A stretch of 64,000 bases of DNA, taken from assembly GCF_006345805.1 (NCBI RefSeq), contig NC_042998.1, forward strand, positions 4,960,001 to 5,024,000, in the 5' to 3' direction. A program made the translations under genes and the position numbers. Position 1 is the stretch's first letter, and each line of letters opens with the position of its first letter. The notes below the pieces were generated by a model. That model did not search any database and was not told the DNA's origin. It saw only the letters and a program-made list of their open reading frames with translations. Source of the stretch: Octopus sinensis (Eukaryota). Positions 41,534-54,910 of the stretch are shown piece by piece.

Positions 41534-43061
41534 ATATCTATAATTTCGCAACAGAACAACCTTGAAATATGTAATGAATGATAACATATGTAGGGGCTGA
41601 GAGGGGATGGACATATTTGATAGTCTAAAGTTACTAACATGCGTAACATCGGATCTTCAAACCCAAATGTATCTACATTCTTTAATATATTGGCTCTTCC
41701 GCATCTGTAACCGAAACTGGGAAAGTCTTTTTAAAGAAAAAAATAACAAAAAAAATATTAGTCTTTTCTTTTCATTAATCAGATACTTTAAAAATTTATC
41801 TTTCTCCCTTCAATTATAATCAAAAGTTTCTCTCTCCCTCTCCCTCTCTCTCTCTCTCTTTCTCTCTTTCTCTCTCTCTCTCTCTTTGTAATCAGAGTTA
41901 CACTATTTCATATTGTACTAAAACACAGAAAATTTAAATATTGGACTCTGTGTGGTATAGCTATTCCAATATAATGTTTGCACTAAAATAACAATTGAAA
42001 TATTCCAAGTCATACTATACTAGATTTGACTAGCATATTTTATTACTGAATAATCACAAAATCAGTTTTTTATTTAAAGAATTTAATTTATAACTTGTTT
42101 TTCCTTAAATTTAACTTAAAATAAATTTTCTTCAATTATGTTTTCAGAAATAAACTATTTAAGAAAACAAACAAAACGTAAATCAAAAGAATAGAAAATA
42201 AAATAAACAATCAATATACACAAAGCCAAAAAAAAAACTATAAGAAACATTATATGTTTGTAATCAATAAAATGTCACACATGAATGTCATTAGTTGCTG
42301 AAAAATCCGTGGCACTAATTAGAAAAATACATAATTGATGAAAGGTATAACTGATTTTTCTACTCATTTCAGAAAATGCAATTGTCATTTCTAAGTTGTT
42401 ATATAGCTTTCAAGCTTCTCAAAGCAATATAAAGTTGTTTTTGTATTCTTTGTATTTTTATCTCGATGCTTATTTGATTTATTTTGACTAATTAGACAGC
42501 AAAGGAAGAAATTATGGAAAAATATCCATCAAACGAGAGCCTGGTGAGTTTCTGTGCTTCCATTATCTTCATTTCATTTTGGTTCTCTTTATATCTAAAG
42601 CTCTCTCTTCTATTTCTACCTCTCTCTCTCTTACTCTTTCTCTTTCTCTCTCTTTATCTGTCTTTCAATCTAGTTAGTCTGTCTATTCATCTCACTCTCT
42701 TTCGCTAACACTTTGTGTATCTCAATTTTGTCTCTCACGCGTCCACATCTTTCTAATACGGATAGAAATTTTAAAAATATGATTACAATCCATAGCATAT
42801 GTTTAAGATCCCAGCATTTTCATGCATCATTTTCAAACTACTATTATTTGTGCACGTTTCCACAATAGTTTCAGGAATACAAAACAAACAAACACTGCTA
42901 ATGAACTATCGAAATTCAATTAATTGTATATATTTTGAGGTTTAAAACGTTTTGAAGATGGTCAATTTAAATTAAGGAATATGTAAAACATTAAAGAAAT
43001 GATACATTACAAGTACATAATGTGGTTTCATGCGAACACACACACACACACACACACACAC

Positions 43062-43130
<69 letters not shown>

Positions 43131-43309
43131 TTAATATTTATGTGTTTATGTTTTTAAAACCAGTGTCAATGTTAGTAAGCATTTATGTTACAGAACGTAA
43201 TATACAGTGATGCTGCCATTTCCTACTACTTTTAAATATTGAGCATTCAGTTTTGACAACATTCGACACAGATAATAAAGGCAACTTGATATTCACATAA
43301 CTTAGCACA

Positions 43310-43572
43310 CGTGACTCTATTAAGAAGGTTGTTTCCCAACCTCATTGATTCGTGTGGCTCCTCGGACAAGTGTCTCCTGCTATAGCCTCAGGTTGTTCAA
43401 AGACTTGTGAGTAGATTTGATTGATGAAAACTGAAAGAATCCTGTCGTATATATACATATGCAATTGTGTATCTGTGTACGTGTGTGTGTTTGTGTGTGT
43501 ATATATGTGTGTGTGTGTGCTTGTGTTTGTCACCCACCATCGCTTGTCAACCGGTGTTGATGCCCTTACGTG
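43310..43572 (+). mobile_element. Diverged SINE-C
   Basis: ggacaagtgtctcctgctatagcctc...aaactgaaagaatcctgtcgtatata...accatcgcttgtcaaccggtgttg. Confidence 0.75.
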
Positions 43573-44099
43573 GTATATATATTATAGTGGTATATATATT
43601 ATATATACCAGTAGCTAGGCATTTGGATTTAGTGAAGTGCACAAACTTGGCCGTGTTTCAGTGATTTGAAGCAATAATTTTACCCTGTAAAGCAATTCAG
43701 AATCTTCTAATTACTAATCACAGTATATTTTGTTCCATTAATTAGTATCATAAATGCAATTATACATCTGGTAAAGTTTATTAATTCTCAGATCCTAGAC
43801 AGGAAACAACGATGAAATAATTAATAATGGAAACGGAATAATTGATATCATAAACTATATTCTTCCCACAAAATAAATGATGTGACCCGTATGCAAGGAA
43901 AGGTGGCATTCTATGTCAGCTCCTTTCATGCTTGTCAGATAATATGAATGATGATCGAGTGTACCTTCTGGAGTTTTATAAAGCATATATTCCATTGTGC
44001 CGACCACAGTCTAATGATGCTGACTAGTGAACCAGGTTTTGGGGTTGCATAGAGCTGTACTGATAAAATGCAAACGGAATAATAGCACATTATAGAACA

Positions 44100-44905
44100 A
44101 GGAAGGAACACATACAAACAAGCAAACTAGATCTCCTGAGAGAACTAGTGACATGCAATCAAGCCTTATGCATAGCACTCACTGACATGCACTTAAAACG
44201 CGACAACGCACATGCAGAAATAATATATATCTTAGTACGTGGTATTGCGAAGCGATAGAAAGGACAGGAGCCATGGTAAAGTTCCAATGCATCATAAATC
44301 CGTGAAAATCACACACCTCATATACTTTTGTTACACTCAAAGCCAGTGTGACACACTAATTGTACACACCAGCCAACACGACATATATATGTCGTTATAT
44401 GTACATATACAGTTATATGTAGTAAATATCGCCCACCAGATGCCCCAAATCGTACAAGCCTATTCGAAGACTGCCTTGCAAGAATAAAAGGGGTCTTAAC
44501 CAAAATAGTAGAGCATATCAGTGTTAGTGGAAAACTTCAACCAGCCCAGTGTGAAATGGCCAGAAGGACTTTCCCTCTCAGGAATGACACGGTGTGAGCA
44601 AAGTCAGGTGGAATCCCTACTCAGTCTCACCAACAATTTATATATGGAGTAAATAATACGCCAACGAACCAGAGCAAACAATATACTTTCACAAACAGTG
44701 TGAATCTCATCCATAAAGTGAAAGGGACACCGACGCTAATGTCAGATTACAACGTAATAGAGTTGATCGTGTATGAACCAAAGGAACCCACAAAGATGCA
44801 GCTCATGAGAAGCGCCCGAAGCATCTCCAATGTGAACCACCACAAAGCAGACTGGAAATAAACTGAGAAAGAAATCAACAAAAAGGACAGTTCTGAATAT
44901 CTCTT
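44100..44905 (+). mobile_element. CR1-group LINE ORF2 N-terminus (apurinic-type endonuclease), degenerate
   Basis: KLDLLRELVTCNQALCIALTDMHLK, LRSDRKDRSHG, KYRPPD, NFNQP, PTRANNIL, SDYNVIEL, HKADW: the APE motifs in canonical order. Confidence 0.8.
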
Positions 44906-44929
44906 TACACCTGATATGTACATAAAATT

Positions 44930-45610
44930 GAAAACTTTCATGTCCGTAACGCAAGCCAATGCTACAATTTTGTCCCAGGAAGATTTCCAGATGTAGAGGT
45001 GATGATACCCAACTTGAGTTTCGAATGCTCAATGCTATCCTTCGACGGAGTTATTCGTTTTGAGCAAATCATCAAGAATTCATTAAAACATATTCCACAT
45101 ATTTAATGGGAATGGAGGTGGGCTTCGCGCATCCTTCTGTTAGGCCTTCCAATCCACGTATCCTCGAAATAATCAATGATTTCTTGTGCTTCACCAAGGA
45201 ACCTGTTATTACTACATAACTCAAAAGCTCTTGTTACTGTGCCTACTGGGACAATTGCTAATGCTGGTAGAATCTTCATCACTAAAGCAAAATTAGGGCC
45301 GCTTTCATATTTTCGTTTTAAACCGTTACTTTGAACTACACGAAAGATACATTGGCTGAAGTGGGTAAAGCAACCATTCTGTTCTGCACTATGAAATTGT
45401 TTCAAGAATGCTTTCATATGCACTTCCTCAAAATCGATCGATATTGTCAATGGTGCACATGATGGTTCAAGAATCTTTATCTTGTGCAAAAAAAGTTATA
45501 TATGTTTCTTCTGTTTTGTCCGGCAATAACGCAAACATGGGCGGCAGCGAATATTTCTCTTTTAATCCATGTAGTGTATACAACTGGTGAAATAACAAAG
45601 CGACTGTTTA
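44930..45610 (-). mobile_element. MULE (Mutator-like) DDE transposase fragment
   Basis: HQLYTLHGLKEKYSLPPMFALLPDKTEETY, then IDFEEVHMKAF...GCFTHFSQCIFR...IIDYFEDTWIGR (ORF 45103-45489), then WNMF...KTNNSVEG*H. Confidence 0.9.
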
Positions 45611-45679
45611 AATGGGCCGCCTGCATACTAGTGACTGTTTAGTGATAAACACTGTAAATTACGTCTTGTAAATATCACA

Positions 45680-46830
45680 TTATGTTTTTCAACTGGTCCT
45701 GAGTCATAAAACAGAAATTGATCACCTTTAAAAGATTTGGTAATTTCAGGGGGGGGGGAACTGTTTCACTGCAAGTTGATAGTAGGGCTGTTCCAGTAGG
45801 ATACACTGACCCAGGAGGGATTTCAATCTCTGAATCAAAATCAGTGCGTGACCTAGGCACCGACATGAGTAATGGTGCATCTTTCCAGATGCACATTACT
45901 AAGTTGGCAATAAAATGCAGACGACTCGCCGGGTGGATCCCTCGAACTTTCAAAACAAAAAAAAAAAAGGAAACCATGACGGTCTCCTGGAGGACTTTCA
46001 TTCTCAGCCGTCTAGATTACTGCTCCCAACTGTGGTCACCAAACACTGTAAAATTAATGACGGAACTTGAGACGATCAAGTAAAACTACACAAGTAAGAT
46101 CGATACAAAGCAACATATCAGCACCTGACAGAGACTGAAAGAGTTAAGACTAATCCCTGGAGCGAAGGAAGGACAGATATGCAATAATATACAACAGGGA
46201 AATCCTACAAAAGCTTGCTTCAAACTTTGGAATTGTCACTTACACAAATAGCTGGACGGTGGGAGGGGGATACTAAATGGTACCAAATATCCCAACATTG
46301 GCATCAGGATACAGAACCAGATACTGCAACAGAGTGGGCTTCAAAGAGGTACATCTCTTCAATATCCTCTCCCAAAGCATGAGAGACCTGCACGGTGTGC
46401 ATGTAGGCGCTTACAGAACAAAACGAGATCGCATTCTGTCAAATGTTCTGCAGATGAGGACAGCAACGTCAAACTCCTTCACGCACCAAATGTCACATAT
46501 CAGAGGTGGTTTACTGAAAGTGTAGCAAGGTAAACAGTAGTAACCCAGCAAAGGCGGCGAGCTGGCAGAATCGTTAGCACGTCGGGCGAAATGCTTAGCG
46601 GTATTTCGGCTGCCGTTACGTTGTGAGTTCAAATTCCGCCGAGGTCAACTTTGCCTTTCATCCTTTCGGGGTCGATAAATTAAGTACCAGTTAAGCACTG
46701 GGGTCGATATAATCGACTTGATACCTATGTCTGTCCATGTTTGTCCCCTCTATGTTTAGCCCCTTGTGGGTAATAAAGAAATAGGTAGTAACTCAGCATG
46801 GCCGCAGTCCTTGGACTGAAGCTTAGAAAA
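45680..46830 (+). mobile_element. CR1-group LINE 3' portion (post-RT domain to 3' tail), interrupted by a SINE-A
   Basis: ORF 45718-46083 has SVRDLG...LAGWIPRTF...SRLDYCSQLWSP; ORF 46277-46525 ends at a stop near 46525; the tail ccagca|tggccgcagtccttggactgaa is split by the SINE. Confidence 0.9.
46551..46784 (+). mobile_element. Full-length SINE-A with 14-bp TSD
   Basis: TSD gtagtaac(c/t)cagca at 46537-46550 and 46785-46798. Confidence 0.95.
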
Positions 46831-46924
46831 AGTATATAACTAAATAAAAAATAAACAGACCAACCATATTAAGGATGCCGTACGCTATACCATTGTACAA
46901 CCAGAGAATTAAAAGGCCACCCTA

Positions 46925-48470
46925 TGAAAGTATTGCACCGGCTGACCTGTTTAATTCAGAATTTATCAAACGTGGCAGGCACTTCCTTTTACACCAGCTT
47001 TCTATTTTCTTCCAGTACTGTCTCAACAATGGTGCTACTCCGGAGCAGTGGAAAACTGCCAGTGTCATTCCTCTGTTCAAAAAGGGTGACCGCACATCAC
47101 CTGTCAACTATCGCCCAGTCAGTCTCACTAGCTGTATTGCAAAACTGATGGAATCGTGTGTCAGAGAAACACTCTGGAACTTCTGGAGCTCTCACAGTCT
47201 CATCCGACCCTCACAATATGGATTTGTCCCTAACTCCAGCTGCAGTGACCAGTTTGTCGAGTTCCTTGAGGACATTACTCAGATCACTGACAGTGGCTCA
47301 TTGGTGGATGTTGTCTACCTTGACTTTGCTAAGGCTTTCAACTCTGTGCCACACAAAAGGCTTATGGTGAAACTCTCTGCAATGGGTGTGGGGGATGACC
47401 TTTTTAACTGGTTGAAATCCTTCATCCTCAGCCGAAAGGAGGTCGTCACAGTTCTAGGACAGCACTCTACACCTTATGAGATGTCATCGGGTGTACCACA
47501 GGGATCTGTCCTTGGTCCCCTCCTGTTTGTGGCATACATTAATGACATAGATGCCAATTTAAAGAATGCCACAGTATTGAAATATGCAGACAACATCAAG
47601 CTGTACCTTGAAATCAAGAGGACTGATCCTGATGTCTACAACTCTTTCTTGCAATCAGACCTAGACACAATGCAGCAATGGATCACAGACTGGCAACTGA
47701 AACTGGCTGTGGACAAGTGTACCACCATGCATTTTGGGAGAAAAAACCCTGCGTCCACATACTCCTCCACAACACTGATATCAAGATATCCTCTTGCGAG
47801 CGTGACCTAGGCATCACTGTCAGCAGTGATTTGCGTTGGACAAAGCATATCTCTAAAATTGTCAAGAAGGCCGAGGGTGTCTTGGCATCACTCAGCAAGA
47901 CTTTTGTTAGCCGCTCTCCAGCCATCTATTTAAAACTGTATACAGCTATGGTACGACCACACTTGGAATTCGCATCATCAGTTTGGAATCCCTATCTTGC
48001 TCAGAACATTGACCTCCTGGAATCTGTCCAGAGACGTGCAACCAAACGCATACCCTCCATCAGACACCTACCATATTCTGAGCGCCTTGTTTCCCTGGGC
48101 ATGGATTCACTGAAGCTCCGGCGTCTGGCGACGGACTTGGTAAACACCCACAAGGTTATCAACCACCTCACCAACAACAACACTGAACACCTTTTTGATC
48201 TCCATGTGTCTAACACACGTGGACATGCCTACAAAGTCAGAAAACAGCACAGCTCCCATGACTTTCGGAAACATTTTTTCACGCTCAGGGTTGCTGAAGC
48301 GTGGAACAAACTGCCTGCGTCAGTTGTTGACTGCCATGACACTGCATCCTTTAAGGCCCTCATGCCTTCCGAAATCCGCCGAAACTACACCTGATTATAT
48401 ATACACTTTAGATGAGTTGTAGTGCACCTGAGCACTGTACACAATTATTATTATTATTATTATTATTATA
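46925..48470 (+). pseudogene. Young 5'-truncated CR1/L2-group LINE: reverse transcriptase ORF2 remnant, 3' UTR and (TTA)n tail
   Basis: ORF 46875-47810 (WKTASVIPLFKKG, NYRPVSLTS, QYGF, YLDFAKAFNSVPH, GVPQGSVLGPLLF, YADN) continues via a 1-nt shift near 47762 into ORF ending 48394 (ERDLGI, VRPHLEFASSVWNPY, FFTLRVAEAWNKLP). Confidence 0.95.
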
Positions 48471-48839
48471 GTCATGCCTGAAATGAGATCGACAAAGTAA
48501 TGTACGACCCATCCTGGAGACCTGCAGACTGAATAGCAAAATAAATCCAACATACCAACACACACCTCCTTTATCTCTCTGGTAAATATTCATACATTTT
48601 ATATTGCCTGAAGAAATGAATCTTCTCGATACTGACTGATACTATGAACTACATTATGATCATCTCGGGAATACGGAGTGTGATCTAAAGACACACGTAA
48701 CTTGTGGAAACGCGCGTAATTGTTTAGAAATTCATTAATTAAATGTTTATAAATTCCATCGAAGAATTATTGCTATTATTACTATATATATATATATATG
48801 TGTGTGTATGTGTGTGTGTCTGTGTGTGTGTGTGTGTGT

Positions 48840-48873
<34 letters not shown>

Positions 48874-48889
48874 TATATACTTACATGTA

Positions 48890-49697
48890 CAGCGTGCGAT
48901 GGACAAATTGTCGCCAATTTATATTTTTCATTTTGCGTATATGAATTGTTTGTTTTTGAGTTTGTCGACTACACAGTATAGTAGGGTCAGTTAGGTATCG
49001 TCTGTGAATAAAAGGGTACCATGATGCAATTCATTCTGCCGGAAATTTCGAAACGACATGCTGTACTGCTCGGCATTCACGCTGAAATCTCCAATACGAA
49101 CATTTCAGAGCGTTTGTTTGTCAATCTGAGGACAAATTCCGATAGTAATAAAAATCAAACATTCAGTCAACATTATGGTGTTTGGAGTGATGGTGACGTT
49201 ATGCCTCCATTCATCTTCTCACACAGCCTCACACTCAACACGGAGTCCTACATCAAGTGCTTGGAAGAGGTGCTCCTTCCTGAGTCAAGAGGGGGGGGCT
49301 GTTGGAAGATCATATGTCTGACAACAGGGTGCCGCACCATTCCACACAAGCAGGAGGACCCGCATCACTTCTAACATCTTCCCGGACTGCAGCCCTCTTT
49401 ATTATTTTATTCGGGGCGCAGTTAAGTGAGAGACCAACAAAACTCCTCGTAAGAGCAAAGTTGAACTGAAGCCAAGGATTATAGCAGCATTCTCTACACT
49501 AGGATACCTTCCTGAAGAGTTGCAGAAGATTCTAAAGTTGTCTGGAAGGCGTAGTTGAAGCCAATGGGGAATGTATTGAATAAATTTACACTTTAACATT
49601 TCAAGATATTTTAATGTAATTTTGGTAAATATATCTGTTAAAATGAAATGTCAGTGTTCTTTTCATTTTTAGACGACAGGTTATTCACCGCACCCTA
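48890..49697 (+). mobile_element. Internally deleted Tc1/mariner element (DD37D/maT-like), both ends present
   Basis: TA flanks; imperfect TIRs cagcgtgcgatggacaaattgtcgcc / agacgacaggttattcaccgcacccta; transposase pieces GDVMPPFIF...LNTESYIKCLEEV and PDCSPL; catalytic Asp residues lost. Confidence 0.85.
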
Positions 49698-52329
49698 TAC
49701 ATTCTTGCGTGCATGTGTGTGTATATGTGTGTGTGAGTGTGAGTAATATAGATGATGAATTGGATATAAAGGGAGATATATGAGACTTCAATAAACAAAT
49801 GTATGCATGATCAGCGAAGTAGAAGCTAATATTGACATTGAAATAAGTTTTCTATATTGTACCATTTATATTTCCTGCCTGAGAAGAGACGTGGTTCTTA
49901 TAGTGTAGCAGAAATGGGTGGAGATCTAACACAATTGAATGCAGCATAATTTTTCAGATATTTAATTTTTTGATAGCTTTAAACCTAGAGATACAACCTT
50001 ATCCCACAAATAGTTGTTTATTATTTTTTTCTCTGGCCTGGAGTAAAATAATTGCATCATTTGTTTGATACATTCATACAAAATTATTATTATCGAAGTC
50101 CAAAGCAGAAACATACATTTGGAATTGTAGCAATGAAGGCTTGGAAGCTCAGTGATAAAGATTTTAATTTAATTACTCCATTATTAATATAGTATTAATG
50201 CTAGTGGCCACAGAAGAATAAAAGGCAAATTACATTTGCCAAATTGATCATTCAGAATATAAAGAGATTGGCTAACTAAAACCATAAGGTAGTTCTAATA
50301 ACAGCCAACATAATTCAGCTTAATGAATCCGAGTGGCAGAATTAAAGTTTTAATAGCCACATAAGATGCAAATCGCAGCTGCTATGAAAAGGAAGAGCTC
50401 TGTGAAAAACCACTGAATATATTCAACAATGAAAAAGAGGCATAAAACAATACTGAGTGAGATCATAATGATTTATGAAATAACATTATGTTTCTTAATG
50501 TTATATTCCTCTTCATTATTATGACTTTCGTCCTCATAATCATCACAATAGACGGCAACATCTTAAATAACATAACTATCATCATCATGGTTATAGTGAT
50601 GGTAACTACCATGATGATAATTGTCATGGTAATAGTTACCATCCATTAGCATTAATAATATCAGTTTCCAAATAAAAGCAAATTATCTAGTGATTAAACA
50701 GTGGGAAATGGTGCTAGGGTCTACAGCCGGATCAGCGATTTCCAAATGTATGTATTTGACACTATATGAAAAGACTCAGCACAGAATGGAATAATTCATG
50801 CAGTATTTACGTTGATATTGCATGTAACCTTGCTTTTCTACTAAAAACTATAGTTTACTCGTGACATGATAATATAATAAACCCAATGAAAATCACACTA
50901 ATAATTTATGTTAACGGTTAACTTATTGATGATGTCCTTACCGTCAAAAGTACTCGCATCCTAATATTCAGCAATATCACTACCTACATATCTTAAACAT
51001 GATGACCGTATTAGATATTCTGCTTTTCAATATATGAATGAAGTGAGATGGTCAGGTAAGGAAAGCCTCTGAAAAAGAGGTATAAAACAATAGTGAATGA
51101 CATGATAGTGATTTATGAAATAACATTATGTTTCTAAATATTATATTCCTTCTCATTATTCCGCCTCATTATTACGATAGTCATCCTCATAATCAACATT
51201 TACTGGATCGCCGTCGTTCGACGTTGAGGATTTAGTTTTTCGGTTTTTTTGCTTTTGAATTAAGGTGTAAGTAGCTGATTATTGCACAATCATGTGTTCT
51301 CTTAATGCAATTCTTAGAAAAGTCTCCAGCACACATTATAGATATGGCAAGTCTGTGTCATTTCAATTTCAGGTACAATACTTCCAATGGTACTTTCTAT
51401 AGTTTGGGCCGGTTTCATTCACAAGATATGGAGGGATGTGACAACAGAAAATGGTATTGCCCAAGATGCAAAGCATTGGGATCGATACCGGTACTTGGTT
51501 GTGAAGTGAGCTTGTTAATCATTCAGCCGTATTGCACGAAAAACAGTATATATTATCCATCAATAATTTTCTGTTTACGCTGCAAATAATTAACGTTAAA
51601 ATAACAACAATAGACGACAACAACATATTTCAGCGCTCATCGTAAATACAAGGATTTCATAGATATAGTGTGCCAATGTATTCCATGTATTCAGTCATCA
51701 TCAAATAGCAGTTAAAATACTCAAACATTACACTGTAGAGACTTAAAAAATAGTATGATACATGAGGTATGATTAGAGAATGTAGTAATACAGAAACGAT
51801 TCATGAAAGAAAAGATCGTACGACCATAGCTGAAAAGTATTTCCAGTGAGGGTCGATAGGAGCTAAACACCAACAACGGTATGAATAAATACTGTAAAAT
51901 AAGATATATAAATAAATCACAAATATCTTTTGACTGATAATTGAAATCTGCATGCTAGAATAGCAACAATAGCATCAACAATTAACAACAACGAATTCAT
52001 TTGAAATTTTAAAAAAAGATATACCATCAAGGAAAAGAATTGAATAAGTTTCAATGTTCACCTTTGGTTACTATTGAATAAACGATTGGCAAAATATTTT
52101 TTCATGCTTCAAATACACAGGCATTCTTCGAGAATAATTACATCTTTTATGCCGTAGGCATTTAAGAGTAAGCAACATGAGATGGTAAACACAACCAAAA
52201 TATCAAGTATTTGCATAAAAAAATCTAGATGCCTCATTATGAAAGTCAGCATTTTCTAGTTGCAAGTAAAAGTTTTCTTGTGTTTTCTAGCTTGCAAAAT
52301 ACACAGCAATATGCTCCATGAGAAAGGAT

Positions 52330-53530
52330 GGCGCTTAAATGGAGATAAAAAGAAATTTATCGGGGAGGATGTGAGGCGTGTTATGCGCAAGACAAAGAGA
52401 CAGAAACGGAAAGGGTGGGTAGAAAGAAATTACTGAATTAGATATAGCAAAAGTTATCTAAATAGAAAATAAATGCAAAAGACAAGAAATAGCTAGTGTA
52501 TGACACTTGATGAGTGTGCGTGTTGAAAGAAGGAGAAAGTGGAAGACTAAATAAACATGGCGCGTATAGAGCGTGTAGCAGCAAAGAGGTGGGAAGTTAG
52601 AAGACCAAACAAATAAAAGGAGAGAGAGAAATGATAAAATAGATAAGTTTGGGAAATGAAAGTAGAAAGATAAACTGAGAGAAAAAGAGAGAGGGGGCAG
52701 AGAGAGAGAGAAGAAATACATAGATAAAGGGGACAAGGTGTAGTAAGAGAGGTATAGAGAGGGTGTGTGATGAATTTGAACAATAGAAGAGAAGCGAAAT
52801 AAAAATTGAAATGCAGATTGAGAGAAAGTGAGGCAGTGATTTATCAGATCCGCAACAGAGACAGACATGTGCTTTTGTATGTGTGTGGATGTGGGTCGTT
52901 GCGTGTGTATGTGAGTGAATGTATATATGTGAGTGTATGTGTATTCGATGACTTTGTCGTAGAGAGAACAAATAGAAAGCCTGAGTGAATATTAGGGAGA
53001 GAGAGAGAGAGAAGGGGGAGAGTTATGAAAATTGGAGAAAGGAAAAGAGAAAATGCTAGCGGAGTAAAATTGTGGTAGAGAGAATGAAGAACAGAAACAA
53101 CTGAGACTTCAACATAAGCGAAACTAAGATTATGAGCAAAATAGAAAGAGAAAAAGAAATAAGGGAAAATATTGCAAATGAGAAATAGAAAGATGTAAAG
53201 AAGGGTAGTTTCGGCAGAAAGAAAGCGATGGTAACAAATAAAAATCTGATTGATATAGTGAGAGAAAAACATTCGATAGATTTAATGAAGGTAACATACA
53301 AACAGAAATGAAATAAGTTGAGTAGACAAAGAAAAAAATACAAACTTACTAAAGTGCTGCAGAATATTTAAAAGTAGGAAAGGAATTTTAGTAACAAAAC
53401 AAAAAAGGAAAGAGTAATAGAGAGTAACAAAGAAAGACAGACGGTAAGAAAGAAAGCAAGAAAGAAAGAATGAAAGAAAGAAAGAGAAAGAAGAATAGAA
53501 AAGTCGAAATAGAGAAAAGGATATACTATA
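52330..53530. repeat. Long strand-asymmetric purine-rich (GA/GAAA) low-complexity tract
   Basis: Visible A/G excess on the plus strand, with an embedded TG block. Confidence 0.8.
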
Positions 53531-53819
53531 GGAAAATTTAAAATAATTGAAATACACATGTATAATCATTTTGAAAGTTAAAAAAGAATTGGGTACACAT
53601 GGATCTGCAAAACGAACAATCTAAATCTGTATCTTACCATCCATATAAATATATGCTTCTATACATGTATGTCTGTATTGTTTGTGTACGTGTATATATT
53701 ATTATATGCATGAGCAACTTTGTGTTAATGCGAGAATAGATAATTAAGAATCTACAAATGGTGTGTGTTTTTGTATATATATATAGGGAGAGAATTCACG
53801 AAAAACAAAAGACGAAGAC

Positions 53820-53827
53820 AGTAGGTG

Positions 53828-53863
<36 letters not shown>

Positions 53864-53900
53864 ATATGTATATATATATATGTATATATTATATATATAT

Positions 53901-53932
<32 letters not shown>

Positions 53933-53994
53933 AATATATACAGAGTGTGTGAAAGAGAGACAGAGAGAAAAGAGAACGATAAATAGATAGATAA

Positions 53995-54047
<53 letters not shown>

Positions 54048-54256
54048 CAGATAGACAGACGAACATTTGAGAAACACAATGATGGTACAGGTTCTATACG
54101 TTTCACATGACAATTTCATTACGCTTAATTGCATTTCGATAGATATTTGTGTCTGTCTACTTATCTCCCTCTCTCTCTCGCCTTAATTGCCTTGTCTCCT
54201 ACATTTGTCTTTTTATCTCCCCCTCTCTCTCTCTACTTGTGTCTCTCTATTTATAT

Positions 54257-54292
<36 letters not shown>

Positions 54293-54580
54293 TATATATA
54301 TATATTATATATATATATATATATTATATATATATATATAATATATATATATATACATATATTGGTGTGTAAGTATCCAATAGGCTATTCACACATAAAC
54401 GTAGGCTATATATCCACACAGGCACATATATGTGTACATATGTATGTAGATATATGCATGCATGCTTGTATGTATGTATGGATGGATGCATGCATATATA
54501 TATGTATGCATGTATGTATGTATTTATGTATGTATGTATGTATGTATGTATGTATGTATGTATGTATGTATGTATGTATG

Positions 54581-54611
<31 letters not shown>

Positions 54612-54910
54612 GTATTTATGTATTTATGTATGTATGTATTTATGTATGTATGTATGTATGTATGTATGTATGTATGCATGTATGTATGTATGTATGTATG
54701 TATGTATGCATGCATGCATGCATGTATGTATGTATGTATGTATGCATGTATGTATGTATGTATGCGTGTATGCATGCATGTATGTATGTATGTATGTATG
54801 TATGTATGTATGCATGCATGTATGTATGTATGTATGTATGTATGCATGTATGTATGTATGTATGTATGCATGTATGTATGTATGTATGCATGTATGTATG
54901 TATGTACGTA
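53820..54910. repeat. Compound microsatellites (TA)n, (GATA)n, (CA)n and a long (TATG)n
   Basis: Visible runs; source of YVCM/HTYI ORFs. Confidence 0.95.
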
